From contig OZ244042.1 of NCBI GenBank assembly GCA_965215015.1, positions 4,096,001-4,160,000 of the forward strand: a stretch of DNA of 64,000 bases. Direction: 5' to 3'. Positions 59,719 to 64,000 of this stretch are shown here, in pieces. The translations under genes and the position numbers were made by a program. How positions within the stretch are numbered: position 1 is the first letter of the stretch; each line of letters starts with the position of its first letter. The notes under the pieces were generated by a model, which did no database searches, was not told the origin of the DNA, and saw nothing but the letters and a program-made list of their open reading frames with translations. The DNA is from Candidatus Poribacteria bacterium (GTDB lineage: Bacteria > Poribacteria > WGA-4E > PCPOR2b).

Positions 59719-61965
59719 TTATTCCTTGACCGCAATAATCTCTGAAGTCTGCTGTTGCAGCTGCACCAGTTCATGGAAAATCCCTTTTTTTTCGATCAGG
59801 TCGCTATGGGTTCCCATCTCAACGATACGGCCTCCTTCAAGTATAACCAATCGATCTGCATTTCGTAGCGTTGATAGGCGGTGGGCAATTGCGAAGGTAG
59901 TTCGCCCTTGAGTCAACCGCGCAATGGCTTCCTGAATTTGCTTCTCCGTCTCCACATCCACCGATGAAGTCGCTTCATCAAGGATGAGGATTTTGGGATC
60001 GTGAAGAATGGCGCGAGCGATAGCGACACGCTGTTTTTCTCCTCCCGACAGCTCCCCTCCTCGCTCTCCGACTTGGGTATCGTAACCATCGGATTTACTA
60101 ACAATAAAGTTGTGAGCATTCGCTGCGATAGCCGCCTCCATAATCTCCTCAAGCCTTGCCCCGGGTTTGCCGTAGCTGATATTCTCCGCAACCGTGCCGC
60201 TGAACAAGAATGGCTCCTGCGGCACGATGCCAATTTGACGCCGCAAATCCTCAAGCTGAATTTTCTGGATAGGTACGCCATCAACCTCAATTATGCCTTG
60301 ATCTACATTGTAGAATCGACAGATTAGATTCACGGTGGTCGTCTTGCCAACCCCCGATCTACCCACAAGGCCTACCATCTCGCCGGGGGCAACATCAAGG
60401 TCAATCTCGTGGAGAACAGGCTTGCTCTTATCGTACCCAAATGTGACATCTTTGAACGTTACATGACCTTTAATGCTGGATATTGAGTGGGCATTGGGGT
60501 CTTTGTACGCTTCGGCTGGCGTGTCAATGACCTCAAAAATGCGCTCGGCCCCGGCAAATGCCCGTGTCATCCAACTGTTGACCTCTCCAAACCACTCTAT
60601 GGGATCATAGAGCATCCACATGTAAGCGTAAAACGCCAACAGCGTTCCTAACGTCAGGGCGTCTTTAATAACCTCCCGTCCACCGAAAAGCCACACAACC
60701 AGTATCCCAAAACTGGTCAAGAGGGTTGTTGTGGCGAAGAAAATCTCCCAGTTAATCTCCGTCCGAATGGCAAGTTGCCGGATTTTTTGGTTCTGCACTC
60801 CAAATGCAGCAATTTCTCTCACCTCTTGGGCAAAGGCTTTGACCACGCGGATACCGGATAACGTCTCATTCACTGTCGTCATAATATCTGACCAAGCCTG
60901 ATCCCATTTATTGAAGTAGAGCCGCATCCGTCTCCAGAAGATAACACCCCACCCCATCATAAATGGGATCGGTACAAGGATAAGCAGGGCTAACAGCCAG
61001 TGCATCCAAAATAGAATGCCTAAAATGCCAATAATCATTAAGGCATTGATGACTAGGTAGGGCAGCCCTTCCACCAAAAATTCCTGTAGCCTTCCAGCAT
61101 CCCTAGTCACACGGGACATTACCGCACCGACCTGCCGTCTATCGTAGAATTGCAGCGAAAGCAACTCAAGCTGTTGATAAAGCCGGTTTCGGATATCGGC
61201 GGTGATGCGTGCTCCTAACCAACTCACTGTCCAACCGTGTGCCCATTCCATCCCCCAGTTCAACACACGTATACCGACCATAGCAAGTACCAGTAAACCG
61301 AGCAGCGTCAGCCGTTCGGACATGCTATTGGTGTTTCCTTCCTTAGGCACCAAAACACCATCCACTATTTGTCGGGTGAGCATTGGAGGGATTACTGCCG
61401 TGCCCATGCCTATCAGGGAAACGACTGCTAAGAGGATGGCATGTCCTTTGTAAGGTTTCAGGTAGCTGGCGATGCGCTGCAACGTTGCAAGCCGCCGTAT
61501 ACAGGCAGGACAGATACCGTTCTTTTCAGGGAGAAGTCTGCCACACTTTTCGCATCGCCTACGCTCGAGCTGCGTGTTAATTAGGAAAGTTTCTCCCTTG
61601 CGGAGCTGCTCAATCCCCCGTGTAACTTCAGAAAACTTTTCTGCGAGAGAGCTGGAATAAGGGACCGTAGCAGTTGCTTTGTCCTTGCGCTCAATAGTCA
61701 GGCATCCACCTCCAACGAGTGCTTCGGTCTGCACAAGGGTCAACTCCTCAATCGGTATATCAATAATATCATCAAGGCCCTCCGTCAGAACAATCAGGAG
61801 ACGCCTATCCGTAACAACTACCCACTGCGTCCCAAACTTCCCTTCCTGATTCAAATCAGTAGAGACCCGGATTAATTCCTCCTCTTCCGCGGGGAGAAGC
61901 CCTCTAATCTTCGCTCTAACCGAATGCGGCATCGATTCAAGTAATTTCGTTCTCATAAGCTTCAT
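59719..61965 (-). CDS. ABC exporter (fused permease + ATPase) with N-terminal extension and CxxC..CxxC
   Basis: GRSGVGKT, LSGGEKQR, ILDEATS, IAHRLST; about 6 TMs; CEKC/CPAC. Confidence 0.92.
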   Translation of the reverse strand: MKLMRTKLLESMPHSVRAKIRGLLPAEEEELIRVSTDLNQEGKFGTQWVVVTDRRLLIVLTEGLDDIIDIPIEELTLVQTEALVGGGCLTIERKDKATATVPYSSSLAEKFSEVTRGIEQLRKGETFLINTQLERRRCEKCGRLLPEKNGICPACIRRLATLQRIASYLKPYKGHAILLAVVSLIGMGTAVIPPMLTRQIVDGVLVPKEGNTNSMSERLTLLGLLVLAMVGIRVLNWGMEWAHGWTVSWLGARITADIRNRLYQQLELLSLQFYDRRQVGAVMSRVTRDAGRLQEFLVEGLPYLVINALMIIGILGILFWMHWLLALLILVPIPFMMGWGVIFWRRMRLYFNKWDQAWSDIMTTVNETLSGIRVVKAFAQEVREIAAFGVQNQKIRQLAIRTEINWEIFFATTTLLTSFGILVVWLFGGREVIKDALTLGTLLAFYAYMWMLYDPIEWFGEVNSWMTRAFAGAERIFEVIDTPAEAYKDPNAHSISSIKGHVTFKDVTFGYDKSKPVLHEIDLDVAPGEMVGLVGRSGVGKTTTVNLICRFYNVDQGIIEVDGVPIQKIQLEDLRRQIGIVPQEPFLFSGTVAENISYGKPGARLEEIMEAAIAANAHNFIVSKSDGYDTQVGERGGELSGGEKQRVAIARAILHDPKILILDEATSSVDVETEKQIQEAIARLTQGRTTFAIAHRLSTLRNADRLVILEGGRIVEMGTHSDLIEKKGIFHELVQLQQQTSEIIAVKE

Positions 61966-62208
61966 CAACTGTGTGTTTGGATATATGATATAACTTTACT
62001 TAATCCGTTGCCTCCGGATTTCTTCAACGAAAAGTGTAAGGATTTTTCCTTCGTTTGCCACATCAAAATTATACCATTTCTGGACGGCTACATGTGCCAG
62101 AAATTCTCTTGAATCCTTTTTGTTCTTTTTGCTTTAGTAAGATGAAGCGTGATATAATTATAAAATGGTCAATCATAGTGGAAATTCTTTAACCTCAACT
62201 AAAAATTG

Positions 62209-63339
62209 ATGGAGTCATCCTTGTCCAAACACTGCCAATGGTCAACGACTGATCGAAAATTTATGGAACACGCCCTAGCGTTAGCGGAGAAGGCGCGGGG
62301 ACGCACTAGCCCGAATCCTCTGGTCGGCGCGGTGATTGTTCGGAAGGGTGAAATTGTCGGCGAAGGTTATCACCAAAAGGCCGGGGAAGCCCACGCCGAA
62401 ATTCATGCACTGAATCAGGCAAAAGAGCTGGCAGAGGGCGCGACGATGTACGTCACGCTGGAGCCGTGCTGTCATTGGGGACGGACCCCGGCCTGCACCG
62501 AAGCCCTTATCCATGCGAAGCTATCCAATATCTTCGTCGCAATGACAGATCCAAACCCGCGGGTCGCTGGTAATGGCATAGGTCAGCTTGAAGAAGCGGG
62601 AATAAGGGTTCAGGTTGGTCTCTGTGAGAGAGAAGCAAAACAACTTAACGAAATATTCATCAAATATATCACGACACAACACCCTTTTGTCATCCTCAAA
62701 TCCGCAATCAGCCTAGATGGGAAAATTGCCACTGCTTCGGATGAATCCCAGTGGATTACCTCGGAGGCATCACGAATGAAGGGACATGAGATTCGCGCTC
62801 AGGTTGATGTGATTCTCGTCGGTGTTGGCACCGTACTGCAAGACAACCCATCGTTGACTACACGTCTACCGGGGAGGAAGGACGAAGATCCGATCCGTAT
62901 TGTCGTTGATTCGCATGGTCGCACACCACTAGGGGCGAAAATCTTCAATTCAGAGAGCAATGCAGGGACACTAATCGCCGTGACAGAAAATACGCCTTCA
63001 GAGAAAATCGAAGCCTTGGAATCCGCCGGTGCCGATGTACTAATCGTTGAAGCGAAAAGTGGACGGGTCTGTTTAAGTACATTAATGCAAGAACTTGGGC
63101 ATAGGGGAATCACGAGCGTGTTGATTGAAGGCGGCGGAGAAATCAATGCTGCTGCCTTACAAGCGGGAATTGTTGATAAACTGATGTTCTTTGTTGCGCC
63201 AAAATTGATTGGTGGCAAAGATGCACCGGGTCCAATTGGTGGCGTAGGAATTGCCCGCTTGGCTGAAGCATTTGAGCTCCGTAACGTAAAAATCACTCAA
63301 ATCGGGGTAGATTTTTTAATTGAAGGATATTTGTCGTAG
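62209..63339 (+). CDS. ribD: Bifunctional riboflavin deaminase/reductase
   Basis: PNPLVGA, HAE, TLEPCCH..PAC, SLDGKIA, IEGGG. Confidence 0.97.
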   Translation: MESSLSKHCQWSTTDRKFMEHALALAEKARGRTSPNPLVGAVIVRKGEIVGEGYHQKAGEAHAEIHALNQAKELAEGATMYVTLEPCCHWGRTPACTEALIHAKLSNIFVAMTDPNPRVAGNGIGQLEEAGIRVQVGLCEREAKQLNEIFIKYITTQHPFVILKSAISLDGKIATASDESQWITSEASRMKGHEIRAQVDVILVGVGTVLQDNPSLTTRLPGRKDEDPIRIVVDSHGRTPLGAKIFNSESNAGTLIAVTENTPSEKIEALESAGADVLIVEAKSGRVCLSTLMQELGHRGITSVLIEGGGEINAAALQAGIVDKLMFFVAPKLIGGKDAPGPIGGVGIARLAEAFELRNVKITQIGVDFLIEGYLS

Positions 63340-63363
63340 TGCTATCCAAAGGGAAATGAATTG

Positions 63364-63789
63364 ATGAAAAGATACGAATATCTAGAGCATACCGGCGATA
63401 TCGGAATCCGCGCTTATGGAGCCACGCTAGAAGAACTATTCATCAATGCAGCGCAAGGGTTGCTTGGGGCTATCGCAGATCTCAGCACGGTTGGCACAAC
63501 GACACACACTGAAATTGAGGTGTCGGCGGAATCTCTTGAAGAATTGATGGTGGCCTGGCTGGATGAATTAAATTTTCGGCATGAGGTTGAGGAGGTTTTC
63601 TTTCAGCGGGTTGAGATTCTGGCAATCTTTGAAGCCCCGTACCAGCTAACAGCGATTGCCTATGGCGAGCCGGTGGATTTTGCAAAGCACATCGTTTATA
63701 CAGAGATTAAGAGTATCACTTATCACCAATTAATCGTTGAATCCGCTCCGGATAATCGCTGGATGGCACAGGTGATTTTCGATCTATAA
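63364..63789 (+). CDS. Archease
   Basis: EHTGDIG, LEELFINAA, EIKSITYH, terminal IFDL. Confidence 0.92.
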   Translation: MKRYEYLEHTGDIGIRAYGATLEELFINAAQGLLGAIADLSTVGTTTHTEIEVSAESLEELMVAWLDELNFRHEVEEVFFQRVEILAIFEAPYQLTAIAYGEPVDFAKHIVYTEIKSITYHQLIVESAPDNRWMAQVIFDL

Positions 63790-63858
63790 TAACCTAAGTT
63801 GCTAGTAGTAAGCATACGCCGTATGCCGTAATCTCTGTATATCAGTTGGTCAAGTTAC

Positions 63859-63999
63859 TTATGCTCGCATAACGACGGGGAGTACCATCGGTCGTCGATT
63901 CGTTTTCTTTTTGAAAAATCGTCGCAGCACCACCCGAATCTCCTCCTGCACTGTTTCGGCTTCACTCTTGCCCTCTGGGCTCAGGTGGTTGATTGCATG
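63859..63999 (-). CDS. rnj: C-terminal fragment of ribonuclease J (gene continues beyond window)
   Basis: Own translation ...EEIRVVLRRFFKKKTNRRPMVLPVVMRA*, the typical RNase J ending. Confidence 0.8.
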   Translation of the reverse strand, partial: HAINHLSPEGKSEAETVQEEIRVVLRRFFKKKTNRRPMVLPVVMRA

Positions 64000-64000
64000 G

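Noticed and set aside
61970-62205. FMN riboswitch upstream of ribD
   Set aside because: Region is short and AT-rich with divergent extended -10 boxes and no RFN consensus
1-64000. Numerous 60-170-aa ORFs nested in or antisense to long genes; tRNA/rRNA genes
   Set aside because: Shadow frames without motifs or RBS; no tRNA cloverleaf or rRNA signature recognised

Overview
Mostly chromosomal 64-kb window of a diderm bacterium, most likely Candidatus Poribacteria. This is inferred from five PhyH-family dioxygenases, several Gfo/Idh/MocA and sugar TIM-barrel enzymes, a Kelch protein ending in a KLATxWGxLK tail, and the archaeal-type PoK/PPS pair. The left end is a defence-type locus: an SF2 helicase and an Eco57I/TaqI-like N6-adenine methyltransferase separated by a 5 x 144-bp array, then an internally deleted second copy of the methyltransferase cassette. 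A second, related array (9 units, two body types) lies between a metallo-beta-lactamase-fold gene and murB. Housekeeping genes: speD, murB, recJ, rel, rpmB, a degenerate nadB, ribD, archease and the 3' end of rnj. There is also a TamB / BamA-family locus interleaved with two paralogous HEAT-repeat lipoproteins, and an uncharacterised four-gene membrane-protein operon (DUF6754-type) behind a consensus sigma70 promoter. Intergenic DNA carries several families of short palindromic or MITE-like elements, some of which contribute coding sequence or stop codons. No rRNA, tRNA, cas gene, transposase or true CRISPR array was seen. All calls are by eye; no searches were run.
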